64,000 nucleotides of DNA, from assembly GCA_030704615.1 (NCBI GenBank), contig CM060731.1, forward strand, positions 89,280,001 through 89,344,000, in the 5' to 3' direction. The notes beneath the pieces were generated by a model. That model had not been told where the DNA came from. It did no database searches and saw only the letters and a program-made list of their open reading frames with translations. Shown one piece after another: positions 25,686 to 36,692 of the stretch. Made by a program: the position numbers and the translations under genes. Each line of letters starts with the position of its first letter. Positions within the stretch are counted from its first letter, which is position 1. Origin of the DNA: Takakia lepidozioides (lineage: Eukaryota; Plantae; Bryophyta).

Positions 25686-27047
25686 CTATGTTGCAACCTC
25701 TTGAGCAGTACTCCATGCCTGCTCAGTCAATGACAAGGCCTCATCCTGCCCCATCATCTCATCCTTGAGGACCTCCTCAACCCGAGAAGAATCCCCAACC
25801 TCATCTATCACAGCCGCCTTGGCTGCCAACTCCCTCTGAACCTCGAGCACCTCCCACGTGTGCCATGGATGCATGCACCCCGTGGTCCTCACATGCTCGC
25901 CCCCACTCACTACCTGTACCGTCTCGGTAGGCAGAGAGACCATTGAGGGAAGTGTACTCCGCACTCTGCGTTGCTCAGCCAGAGCCAAGCTGATAATCCA
26001 GGTCAAGCAATTGAGATCCATTGCTTGCCCCAACACTTGACGACGTGATGCCTCAGAGAGAGACGACACCGCCGTGGTACCAGTGGTAAAACCCATTGCC
26101 CGCTCACGCTCGTCAGCATTAGGCTCCACTAACTGCTGCAACTGAGCATCCCACAGGAGGCCAGGTCCACTATCCCGGAAAGCATGCGATCCTAGGAAGC
26201 TGAGCAGTGTAGGTAATGCTGCTCGTGGTTGACCCACATTGTTGACCACTGCCAAAGGCGAACGGTCATCGTGTCTCACACGCTGAGACTGCCTCCCTGT
26301 GTCCAGAATGTTATCCACTGTGAGATGTGTTGGACGCTGCACCCCATCAAATGCACGCTTGAGCAGTGCGGGTGGCATCAAGTTAGTCCACCATAGCCGT
26401 GGACGATGAGCCCGTGACCCCACTGTAGCTTCATCTAGCAACACTGCTGACCCAAGCCACGACCAGACTTGATGCACTCTGGCCATCACCCTAGCCCGAG
26501 AATCGCCCATCAGTGGCACATTCTCCAAGATGTATGCTGGAGATACAGCTTGATGAAGCTGCAAGTGGCGCAAAACCCGCACCATCTCCCAAAACAGACC
26601 CGACCTCGAGTCTCGCGATCCATTGCCATGCCCAGCTGATGAATGCCCTTGGCAGGGCCAACCTGCCACTACCAGATCAATGGAGCCAACCCACTCCAAA
26701 TCCTGCGCCCCCAGCAACGAAATGTCTGCTGGCAAGGCCTGCTGATATCCACGAATTGCAGACACCGACAACAACTCAGGGTACCGCTGCACCAACTGAG
26801 CAACATGGCGAACTGAAACGCGTCGTGCAGTCTCATCCCTCTCCATATACAGGTAACGCCGAACTCGTATACCTGCTTGTAACACAGCAGCCAATCCGGT
26901 GCTGATCCTGCCAAACAAGTCCAGAAGACAAATGTCTTCATCCGGATACTGCCACACAATAAGAGTGGTGTCCAATGGAGACATTTGAGGTGGTCCTGGT
27001 GCAATCCCCATACTCTCCTCCTCTCCTGACGGTACAAAAGCCTCCAC
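25686..27047 (-). CDS. DNMT3-like C5 cytosine DNA methyltransferase domain within the gypsy polyprotein (core ~25980-26940)
   Basis: Motif I LLDLFGR (FGG in the 60.2-kb copy), IV DLVVAGWPCQ, VI YILENV, VIII AHRPRLWWTNL, IX ERERAMGF, X RRQVLGQAM. Same frame as the protease and the RT start, separated only by single stop codons. Confidence 0.93.
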   Translation of the reverse strand: MEAFVPSGEEESMGIAPGPPQMSPLDTTLIVWQYPDEDICLLDLFGRISTGLAAVLQAGIRVRRYLYMERDETARRVSVRHVAQLVQRYPELLSVSAIRGYQQALPADISLLGAQDLEWVGSIDLVVAGWPCQGHSSAGHGNGSRDSRSGLFWEMVRVLRHLQLHQAVSPAYILENVPLMGDSRARVMARVHQVWSWLGSAVLLDEATVGSRAHRPRLWWTNLMPPALLKRAFDGVQRPTHLTVDNILDTGRQSQRVRHDDRSPLAVVNNVGQPRAALPTLLSFLGSHAFRDSGPGLLWDAQLQQLVEPNADERERAMGFTTGTTAVSSLSEASRRQVLGQAMDLNCLTWIISLALAEQRRVRSTLPSMVSLPTETVQVVSGGEHVRTTGCMHPWHTWEVLEVQRELAAKAAVIDEVGDSSRVEEVLKDEMMGQDEALSLTEQAWSTAQEVAT

Positions 27048-27053
27048 CCAGGC

Positions 27054-28442
27054 TTATTGCACCCGTCGATCAGCGTCCCGCTGCAAATCCTTGCTCGTGC
27101 CCCACAATGGAGTCTGAGCAACCATGGTAGGCAACTCCGCCATACCATACATGTCATCCTGCTCTCCCGGAGGTGGTACATCCTCTGAATGAGCATTGCC
27201 CTCAAGCAACTCTCTAGGCCAACTCACTGCCGCTGTGAATGCTGCTAGTGTCGGCATCTTGCCTCGCTGGGCAACCGCAATTCCTCCTATGAACGTCACA
27301 GGGAGCTGCACACGCCGGCCCTCCCCTGACTGCCATGCAAGCCTATAGGAAGCTGACTCCTCCCAAAAATCCAGGGTGAAGCCCATGGGGTACAACACTG
27401 CCCCACCAACCAAGACATCGTATGAGACTACGTCTGTCACAATGGCCTTGGCTCGCATCACTGAGCCATCTGTAGGGTGATCCGGCCGTAGTCTGATAGC
27501 CAACTCACGCCGTGTCATGCCCCGAGCCTGCTCCGATCCTCCCAGAGACGTCTGTATCTGGAACGGACAAGGCTCCATATCCGCCTCCGTGAGGCCCAAG
27601 CCTGCAATAGCAGCTCTGCCCAACATCAATGGCTGAGCTCCCGAGTCCAACAAGACCCGCAGTGGCCAGTACCTCTTGCCTGCCGGTCCACTCAAACAGA
27701 AAATGCCATCCTGGTTGTCTAACATGACAACTCCAGGTATCACCATGGCACGTTCAATGGCTGGCCTAGCTGGCAGCTCCATCAACCTGGCAGCTGCAGC
27801 TTGCCATGGCGCCGCCGTGGCAGTCTTGACCCTCAAATCCGAGGATCCCTCCGGCACTACACCTCCCACTATCTCCGCAGAAGATGAAGTAACCTCCCCA
27901 CTCTCACAGAGTGTAGCTGCCAGCCTGAACACCTCAGCTAGTTTTACCCCCGGCGTCGCAATCATGGTAGCCGAGAACAATGGAGCCTGGCACACAGATG
28001 TGGCCGCTCCTAGCAGCACACTAGCTGCCGCAGCCTTGGCAACACTAGGTAGTGGTGCTACCCGTGTAGCTCTCCCCAATGGCATAGTAACCTCCGCCTT
28101 GGTAACCGTCGGGCGAGAACTAGGTGCCATGGATGGCGTTGACACTGTCTCCGCCAATGTGAATGACTGAGGAAGCCTAGCCTGACGGCTTGCCTCCCCA
28201 CGCTGTGGATCCAACTCCACCTCTGCACCTCGTGGCTTAGGAACTCGTGCTGCTCCTCGAGTCACGGCTGCAGCAGACTCCACCTGCACTAGTGGTAGTG
28301 CTGCTCCACACATGAATCCCATGCCTCCCATATCTCCTCCCTCAGGAGCAGGAGGTGGACCATCTGGCCTTAGAGCCGGTACCACCTGAGCTGTAGCCAT
28401 GGCAGCGAGCCTCTGCTCTAGCTGCTGAAGCCGGTTGGCCAT
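27054..28442 (-). pseudogene. Gag-pol linker and aspartic protease
   Basis: VLLDSGAQ active-site motif and downstream YDVLVG. Confidence 0.9.
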
Positions 28443-28444
28443 GC

Positions 28445-29735
28445 CTTGGTCAACACCTTGACCTCCGCGTCCTTGGCCACGTTGAGCTTGCCCTGGCCTC
28501 GTGGCTGGCCACCTCGTCCTCTCTGGGCTGCTCCACCTCGCCCCCGACCACCATTGTTCCCTTGGAACTAGCCTGGGCGCAACTTAGGATGCAAACCATA
28601 ACACTGGGCCTCTCCATGCCCGTGCTTGCCACAATGCCCACACTGCAACTGTGCAGGCTGTGCATGTGCCGACCCTTTGCCTCCCTCTGGGCAATCCTTC
28701 TTGACATGGGGTCCTCCACATGTCCAGCACAGCACATCCGCCCGTTGTTGGCCAGCAAATGAAGGGAGAGACCCCTGCATCTGAGGTCTTCTCTGCCCTT
28801 CCCTGAGCTTCACCTGAGCCCCCTTGTTGCCTTGAGCACGTTGAGGTAGTGGTTGGCTAGGATCACCACTACCCCGTGGTGTCTCCTTAGCAAATCCCAC
28901 CATGACCACTCGTTCCTCCACCATGTTGAGCTCTATCCGCTCTGCCAGCAAAAACACATTTGCTAAGGTGGATTGGGCCGCTTGTAGGAGAGTTGCATCC
29001 CGTACCCTTCTCCTCAGCTCATTGTCCAATATCCCATACCAGAATTGGACTGCCTGAGCTTCCGTAACCCCTTGGGTTACATTTATCAAGAACTCCACAA
29101 CAGGGTTGAAGGCAGGCACGGGTGCTAGTGCTGGTGCGGTAGTGGCTTGGGTGGACGTCGTAGCTACTGTACCACCAGTCCCACTAGTTCCACTGCTACT
29201 TGCTGAAGCTGCCGGTGCAGCGGCAGGTGTAGCCACTGCCCTCGTGGCTCTAGTGCCCCTAGTGATGGAGACATAGTCGGGTGACCAGTACATCCTCCAC
29301 TCCTCGATCTCAACCTCATGCCCCCGCCTGAACTCATGGTAATCATCCATAGGCGGCCCCTCAAGGTGCTGAAACAGCAATTTCCATGCCATGAACGGCG
29401 TAAATAGTTGTGGATTGCGCATTTGCTGCAAATAACACCAACTATCAAACTCTTGGATAAAATCATCCATCTCGATGGTGCCCACCGCCCCAGAGTACCT
29501 TCGTGGCCCCTTGGTAGCTCCATACATCTCCTCCATTGTGTCCCACAACAATGGCAAAGAAACAACTTGCACCGCCGGTATGAGTCCTCCTGATTCACAA
29601 TCCGAATCAGAACCTTCCGTGGAAGACACAGGAGGTAAAGGTGGCCTAAACCGCACACCTCGTCTCGTGTACCCACTAGTATCGCTAGTGCTCGAACCGG
29701 CACTGTCCCAGCAACTAGTGGCACCTCCGTGTTGA
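28445..29735 (-). pseudogene. Gag with two zinc knuckles
   Basis: CWTCGGPHVKKDC and CGHCGKHGHGEAQC; capsid-like RRYSG..DDFIQEFD. TAG at 28568 and a 1-bp deletion near 28470. Confidence 0.88.
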
Positions 29736-30469
29736 CACTCAACCGGTCATGAACATGTCCCTAACCCCCTCTTCACAAGGTAACCGGGTAGAGAACCTGT
29801 TGCGGCTTATGGTTTGGAATACTAAGTTCCTAACATAGCCTACACCTGTACCTGCACCCACCGCAAGCACTCCTATGGTTGGCTGGTCATCACCTCCAAC
29901 CTCACCACAGGAGACACAATGATGGTCTGGCTGGTCATCACCCCAGCCTCACCATCGACAGCATGCTCTAGGACTGGCCGGTGATCAAATCCGGACCAAT
30001 CACCTATAAAAACAAGCGCCCACACAAAACTAGCATGGCGCACAGTCAAGCATGCAGGTATGGAGGGGATCCAAACACAAGAAATCAGAACGACAACTCC
30101 CCCACACCAAAAACAACTCCACGGTGTTGCTCCTGCAAGGACACCCCAGCCCAAACCCGACTGACTTTTGCCTCCACCTACGGAAAGGTCTTGGCCTAAT
30201 GAATGGGTGGAAACTATGAGGAAGAGAAGCTCAAGGAATGCCTAACCCCAGCATGCCCTCATCCCAACACTCTTCCTCTCCTCTCTTCCCTCACTTGCAT
30301 GACCATGGGAATATCATGAAGATACTCCTCAAACCGCCCTCCACGAGCTTCAAAATTCGGCCTTCCAGACCACATGCCAGTCCTTAGGCAGTCCACCAGT
30401 GCCTCCACGAGTCAGCACAGGCCGTCCACAGGTCAACACGGGCCACCACAGACCAGCACAGGCCCACAC

Positions 30470-31170
30470 AGCTCACTGGTCACAGCCGTCACAGTCCCAC
30501 AGGCCACTGGGCACAGCCTGTCACAGCCCCTCATAGCCCGTCACAGCTCGCCACAGCCTGTCACAGCCCGTCACAGCCCCACAGGCCACTGGGCAAAGCC
30601 TGTCACAGCCCCTCATAGCCCGTCACAGCTTGCCACAGTCCCACAGGCCTTAGGCACGGCCTGACACAGCCCCTCACAGCCCGTCACAGCCCCACAGGCC
30701 TTAGGCACGGCCTGACACAGCCCCTCACAGCCCGTCACAGCCCCAAAGGCCTTAGGCATGGCCTGTCACAGCCCCTCACAGCCCGTCACAGCCTCAAAGG
30801 CCTCAGGCACGGCCTGACACAGCCCCTCACAGCCCATCACAGCCCCAAAGGCCATGGGCACAGCCTGTCACAGCCCCTCACAGCCCGTCACAGCCCCACA
30901 GGCCACTGGGCACAGCCCGTCACAGCCCCACAGGCCACTGGGCACAGCCTGTCACAGCCCGTCACAGCCCCACAGGCCACAGGGCACAGCCCGCCACAGC
31001 CCCACAGGCCACTGGGCACAGCCTGTCACAGCCTGTCACAACCCCAAAGGCCACGGGCACAGCCTGTCACAGCCCGTCACAGCCCCACAGGCCTCAGGCA
31101 CGGCCTGACACAGCCCCTCACAGCCCCTCACAGCCCCAAAGGCCTCAGGCACAGCCCGTCACAGCCCCAT
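30470..31170. repeat. Minisatellite of (GT)CACAGCC(C) units in the 5' leader of copy 2
   Basis: Dozens of cacagccc/gtcacagcc units, organised in ~50-bp higher-order blocks (ggcac(a/g)gcctgtcacagcccctcacagcccgtcacagccccacaggcc). Confidence 0.92.
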
Positions 31171-33052
31171 CCATGGCCGCTCTGGCAGTTTAGCCATTTC
31201 TCCAAGGGGTTTAGCCACGCCAAGCTAGGGTTTGTGTCTCTTGGACTCTAGGCTTCTTTCCACCGAGCTATGGCGGCTGTGAGGAAATCAGCAAGGTATT
31301 CTTGCTCTTTCGACTCCCACACACCACCATAGTAGCCCTAAGCCATGAGGTGGTTGCCACAAACCAAGCCTTCTTTCTCACTTAGCCTCCCCAAACACGC
31401 CACTAAACTCAATGGCAAACAACCAAGCCCTGCTGGTTCCCAGCCCTTGTGAGCACTCATTCAAGCACTCTCCTTGGCCATAGCATCTATCTTAGAGCCT
31501 ATTCCAGCCCCCTACACCTGCTGCTTCAAGAGTTGCGCTCCCTTCAAGCTTGAAGTTGAAACCCCAACTCACATAGGCCCTACAAGTGCTTTTCTTTCAC
31601 TCCAAGTGGAAACCAGCCCTAGACCTTCCGTTCTAGCTCTCTAAAGCTTGAAAACAAGAGCCTCAATGGGCTGAAGGCATGCTCCACACATGCCCCACTC
31701 TCACCATAAGAGAATCAGCTCCTTTGCTTCATTTCTTGCACCCACAAACCTGAAAATACAAGCTTCAGCAGGCTGAAAGCATGCTCCACATGCCCTACAG
31801 GGAAACCAGCCCCTTCCTTCCTTTCTTGCACTCCCACACCTGAAAGTGCAAGCCTTCACCAGGCTGATAGCATGCTCCACACATGCATTGCCCTCACATA
31901 AGGGAAGTCAGCCCTTCCCTCTTCTTTGCTTGCCCTCCAAGCTTGAAGATGGAAGCTTCAATGAGCTGAATACATGCTCCACACATGCAACCTCTTCACA
32001 CAAGAGATATCAGCCCCCTATCTTGGCTCCTTGGCTCCTTGATGCTCTCTAAGACAAGACTAAGCACTCCACAGCCTTTGCCAAGCTCCTGAAACCCTAA
32101 GGCTTACATTTCCAGCCACAAGACACTTCTCTTGTGGTGCAAGAGCTCTTCTTCCAAGCTCTGAAACCCTAGGTGCACATTCCATGGCCTTGCCGCACCT
32201 CTTAGCTCCTGTTCCAGCCCTGCTCTTGCCATGACAAGAGCCCTCTCAATGCTGACGCTCAAGATTGAAACCCAATCTCACCATACTCCACAAAGTGCAC
32301 CGATTTGCCCCAAGCCAAATCAGCCCTTTTGCTTGGTCTTGCAATCCTTCACACAATGAAAGCTCGCATTCCCAAGTCCAGTTCTCAGCTTTGCCACCAA
32401 AGCCACTATAACCTGCTCTTGACTAGTCCTCTTCCCAATCGTGCTTGATCATGCATGTACACAATCTGAAACCATCAAGGTGCTCTGGAATTACCTGCAG
32501 CATGGTGCTTTCATCTCTGAAGCTGAAGATCGAATGCCAAGGTCTACCACCTCGTAACCCACATCGCCTCCGCTTCTAACAACCAAGAGCTCCACGGTGC
32601 TCCTTGCATAACAACTTGGTTTCTCTCATTCTCAAGCAAAAACCACAAGTGCTACAACTAACTCGTATCTGGCACTCACAGATACGAGCTGATCTTTCTC
32701 GAGTGATAAAGAAGAAGAATACAAGCACAAGCTCATGCAAGCTCATAAAGTTGAAGCATAAACTCATGCATATATAACCTCATCACTCAAATACAAGTCA
32801 AGCCAAGTGCACCCCACGCCATGGGGAATCCACACTACAGCGCCATAGCTAGGCGCGGTGAGGCTCAACTCAAGAAAGATGAGCCTTCCGCGCTTGCCGT
32901 GAAGATAACCACTCCAGGGCCTAAATCTGCCTTTGACCCCTGGATTGACACTTGGGCCAATCGCAAATGTCAATATGTAAAAGCTAGCTATTTCCTAGCT
33001 TATTTCCTACCTTTTCCTAGTTATTTCACACTAGTGGTAAAATAACTTGACA

Positions 33053-33415
33053 ACTCATTCATGGATGGTTTCAGTGGATATAACCAAGTATAAGTAGCTG
33101 AAGAAGATCAGGGGAAGACAACTTTCATCACAGACTGGGGTGCTTATGCATACAAAGTCATGTCTTTTGGACTTTGTAATGCACCAGCAACTTTCCAGAG
33201 AGTGATAAGTGAATCTTTCCATGAATATCTGGATGATTTCATGCAAGTGTTTTTAGATGACTTTAGTGTGTACAACTCTAAGAATGAGCACTTGCAGAAG
33301 TTGGAGTTATGTTTGGCTAGATGCAGGATGAGAGGTCTTGGTCTGAATCCAGAAAAGTGTACTTTCTGTGTGAACTCAGGAATACTCCTGGGACACATTG
33401 TGTGTAAGAAGGGAC
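33053..33415 (+). pseudogene. RT fragment of a second gypsy family (left part, split by MULE-C)
   Basis: SFMDGFSGYNQ, MSFGLCNAPATFQR, VFLDDF, LLGHIVCKKG. The frame continues at 44269 (LLVDPRK). Confidence 0.92.
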
Positions 33416-33883
33416 GGGGGCTGCTATTTCATGAGCCATGAGCCATGAGCCATGAGCCATGAGCCATGAGCAGAGTCGTAAGTGTGGAAAAAAACATGAG
33501 CAGCACTATTTTCCGGAAATGAGTGTCCGCGGGAATAGGGTTTAGGGTGCCACGATCATAGGGGGAGAAGGACCTCCCGATGAAGGAGGTTCGGCAATGT
33601 TATTTAGAATTATATATTGAAAGGCAATGTTTCGCGAATGGAAGGGTGGTATTGCTCTGTACAATGGGGGCCCATTTCAGCCTACTAGCCACTTGCAAAA
33701 TCCACCCACACTCCCAATCCCAAACGAAATGAGCAATGACGCATTCTCGGAACGATGGACACAGAATAGAATAAAAAGAGGGCACAATGAGGTTTTTATT
33801 GATCCACATGAATTGCATTTGAAGCACGTCTACTGTGCTGATTGTGCAATCAAATCTTTAGCCCTGTGCCTACTGAATACAAG

Positions 33884-34447
33884 TCACGTTGTCAATGGGA
33901 CTTCGACTGCTCTCACAACTAGCTCATGAGTCATGGGGCTCCTCCAGGTAAAGTCGATTGCAGCCGTTGTACCGCCCCTAGTGATGTTCACCACAATGTC
34001 CTGCCCTTCAATCATACCACCATCGAATATGGAAATCTTCACGTTTTCGTCGTCCACACCAATGCGAATGTCCCCATACAATGGAGAAGAGGAGCGCACT
34101 CCTTCAGGAGAATAGGTCTCTCCGATGGAGTCCACCCACGTCCAGTGGCAGCAGTTCCACCGCAACAGCATAGCAGTGCGCCTTCTTCTGCATGGGTGAC
34201 CGTCGTAGCTGGGAAAATCGGAATCGAGGATGCGCAGGAGCCACAGACTCCTCAGACCAAGATCGTCACCCCGCTCGAAGGCGTAGTGGCCTAGGATATA
34301 CTCAAAAGCCACCAATGTTTCCACAATCGAACCAGTATCTTCTCTGTAATCTGTGTACCAGATAACAATGTCTCCCGATGTGGCCGAATACATTGCATAA
34401 TCGATGCCTCCAAATGGGCAGTCGTCCCGGTTCCGGAAGCACGACAT
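33884..34447 (-). CDS. Unknown ~187-aa MULE cargo protein, paralogue 1 (open frame)
   Basis: MSCFRNRDDCPFGGIDYAMY..SGDIVIW..RWNCCHWT..PLYGDIRI..DGGMIEGQDIVV..ELVVRAVEVP aligns end to end with 35003-35579. Start chosen by that alignment. Confidence 0.7.
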   Translation of the reverse strand: MSCFRNRDDCPFGGIDYAMYSATSGDIVIWYTDYREDTGSIVETLVAFEYILGHYAFERGDDLGLRSLWLLRILDSDFPSYDGHPCRRRRTAMLLRWNCCHWTWVDSIGETYSPEGVRSSSPLYGDIRIGVDDENVKISIFDGGMIEGQDIVVNITRGGTTAAIDFTWRSPMTHELVVRAVEVPLTT

Positions 34448-35002
34448 CCTTGCAAATGAGGACCTGAGGACGACTTGGATGCCGATGACAATGACCTTGC
34501 GGACAGCTACGAAGCCCTTAGATTTTGGAAATGATGCGAAGCGGAAGAGCAGTCCGGCCTCCAATAATGGAGCATCTGGGTCCCACGTACCCACCGACGG
34601 AGGTGGAACGTGTTCTTCACGCCAGCGGTGGATGAACCCATACATCTTTCTCATCAACAAGTTATAGTTTGAGATCTGCCACCGAAGTCCATCCCCCGGA
34701 TGGAAATTCGGCGCCGCATTTACATCGAAGAGGGGATGGACTTCGTCGTGTCCAGTGGCTATCGGCCCACCTGGCAGTGACTGCCCATAGTTTGCATGGC
34801 AGGGTAGGAAACTGAAACGGCTACATTCATGCAGCAGCCAATCTTCATCGGTCCAGGATCCTGTAGGGGGGAAATTTAAATGTGCCCTGGAGTGTTTGTG
34901 AGGAATTGCAGCGTTAGCTTGAACTTTTTCCAGCCCCTGCGCTACTCCTCCTCCATCCGGGAGCTGCTGTCATTGAGCGTACTCCGCTACTCTTTTTCAA
35001 GG

Positions 35003-35579
35003 ATGCCATGCCGCCAAAATCCAGCCAACTGCCCTTATCATGGCCACGATTATGCTATGTTCAAACCAGAATCAGGAGACATCATTGTCTGGCTCTCTGT
35101 TTTCACAGACGCTGCTGGAATCAAGCAAGAGTCTTTGCGCGCAATGGAGTATCTGGAGGGCTATTACCGCTTTGAGCGAGGTGAGGGCGAGGGTCAATGC
35201 GGTCCGTGGGTCCTGAAATTGTTGACCTCGATATACCAAGCTGGAAAGGGATGCCGGACAGATCACGCACGGCCTCGCTTTGGCGCTGGAACTGCTGCCA
35301 GTGGACCAGGGAGGACGGCACGGGGAAAACTATATACGTGCAGATCACTCCGCTCTTCCAGTGTATGGAGACATTCGGCTGAGTTGCGAAGACGAATCGC
35401 ACGGGCACATGAGGCCCACAGTGACCTTGTCAATGTATGATGGTGGTATCATTGATGGACATGACATTGTCGTCGGCTCCAGCAAGGGCAGCAGAACGAC
35501 CGAATTGCAGTTTACCTCGAGGTGCCGCAGCAGTAATGAGCTTGTTTTGAGGGGTATCGAAGTTCCGTCGACTTGGTGA
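35003..35579 (+). pseudogene. Unknown MULE cargo protein, paralogue 2 (frameshifted)
   Basis: MPCRQNPANCPYHGHDYAMF..SGDIIVW / RWNCCQWT / PVYGDIRL..DGGIIDGHDIVV..ELVLRGIEVP, across three frames. Confidence 0.7.
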
Positions 35580-35788
35580 AGCCCATGTAGAAGGAGGAAG
35601 GGCTTAGTTTTGTCTGCAGTTGGTAAATGTGAGACATCGTGTCCGATCAATAAACCCATCGTACCTCACTTCTGTTTACAATTTGATGTCTCATTTCTAC
35701 AATTTGTCTGTCCGCATGAATATACCAGAGTAACCGGTATGAGAGTCCTGTGTCAAGAATATACCAGAGCAACGCCATGTCGGACATT

Positions 35789-36556
35789 GAAATGCGGCAC
35801 CGAATTTCCATGTCGGACATTGGAATGCGGTGCCGCATTTCAATGCCGACATGGAAATGTATGAACCGCATTTCAGTGTCGGACAATGGAATGCGGTGCA
35901 TCATTTCCGTCCAGGTACACGAAATACCAACACGGGTCTATAAATTGGACAGACAACGAGGTTGGCATTGCAAATGCGGCGACGCATTTCCAGCTTGGCA
36001 ATGGAAACTTCTTTTTGGACAAGGGAATGCGGTGCCGCATTTCCGTCCAACACTTCGAAAAGTGTGACATTTCCGACCAGCGCGATGGAATGCGTTACCA
36101 CATTTCCGTGAGAGGGTCTGCAAATGGACAAATTGCGATGTCCGTTCTGGAAATGCGGCGCCGCATTTCCATGTCCGTCATCGACTTTTTTTTTACAATG
36201 GAATGCGGTGCCAATTTTTGCTGATGGGCCTGCAGTTCGAACAACGACCATCCCCAATATGGAAATGCGGACCGCATTTCCAATTCCGCCATCTCGACCT
36301 CCTTGTTCGACCTCCTTGTTCGACCTCTGTAAGTGTGGTGGCATCCATGCAATGAGCGGGAGAGGCCAAAACTGGCGTGTGGACAAAGGAAATTTTGGAA
36401 ATGCGGCACCGCATTTCCAATCGACCGATTACTTTTTACTATGCCAACATTGAAATGGAAAATTTAGTCCCTCCCCTGTTTTGGAAATGCGGTGCCGCAT
36501 TTCCAAAAGAGGTTTTTAGAGTTGCCAAAATTTTGGAAATGCGGTGCCCCATTTCT
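35789..36556. repeat. Cluster of dispersed 22-bp palindromes GGAAATGCGG(C/T)(G/A)CCGCATTTCC
   Basis: About 13 copies here (perfect copy at 36149-36170). Further copies at ~34702, 37860, 39121, 43742-43763 (perfect) and 43841. Confidence 0.92.
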
Positions 36557-36692
36557 GATTTTGGGAGCGTCGTGGTTTGGGCGATTATGTGGCTGGAATG
36601 CACACTGGAGAGGGGTCACGAATGTCGGGGAGAATTTCCTTTATATACTCTGGAAGAGAATTTACATTTACAGAGACTTCATTAAAATTCTA

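Larger units (their letters stand above)
22123..33052 (-). mobile_element. Ty3/gypsy retroelement with DNMT3-like and PHD domains, copy 2 (near complete)
   Basis: 5' end TGTCAAGTTA at 33052, 3' end GCACGACA at 22123. Domain order gag, PR, DNMT, RT, RH, INT, PHD. Polypurine tract adjacent to 22298. Confidence 0.93.

Noticed and set aside
28445-28480. Possible programmed gag-pol frameshift
   Set aside because: Copy 1 is in frame here (AKDNGGQ..GMANRL), so the copy 2 shift is a 1-bp deletion.
35789-36556. CRISPR-like array of palindromic repeats with variable spacers
   Set aside because: Spacing is irregular (about 10-130 bp), repeats are degenerate and also dispersed into introns, there are no cas genes, and the context is a eukaryotic TE.
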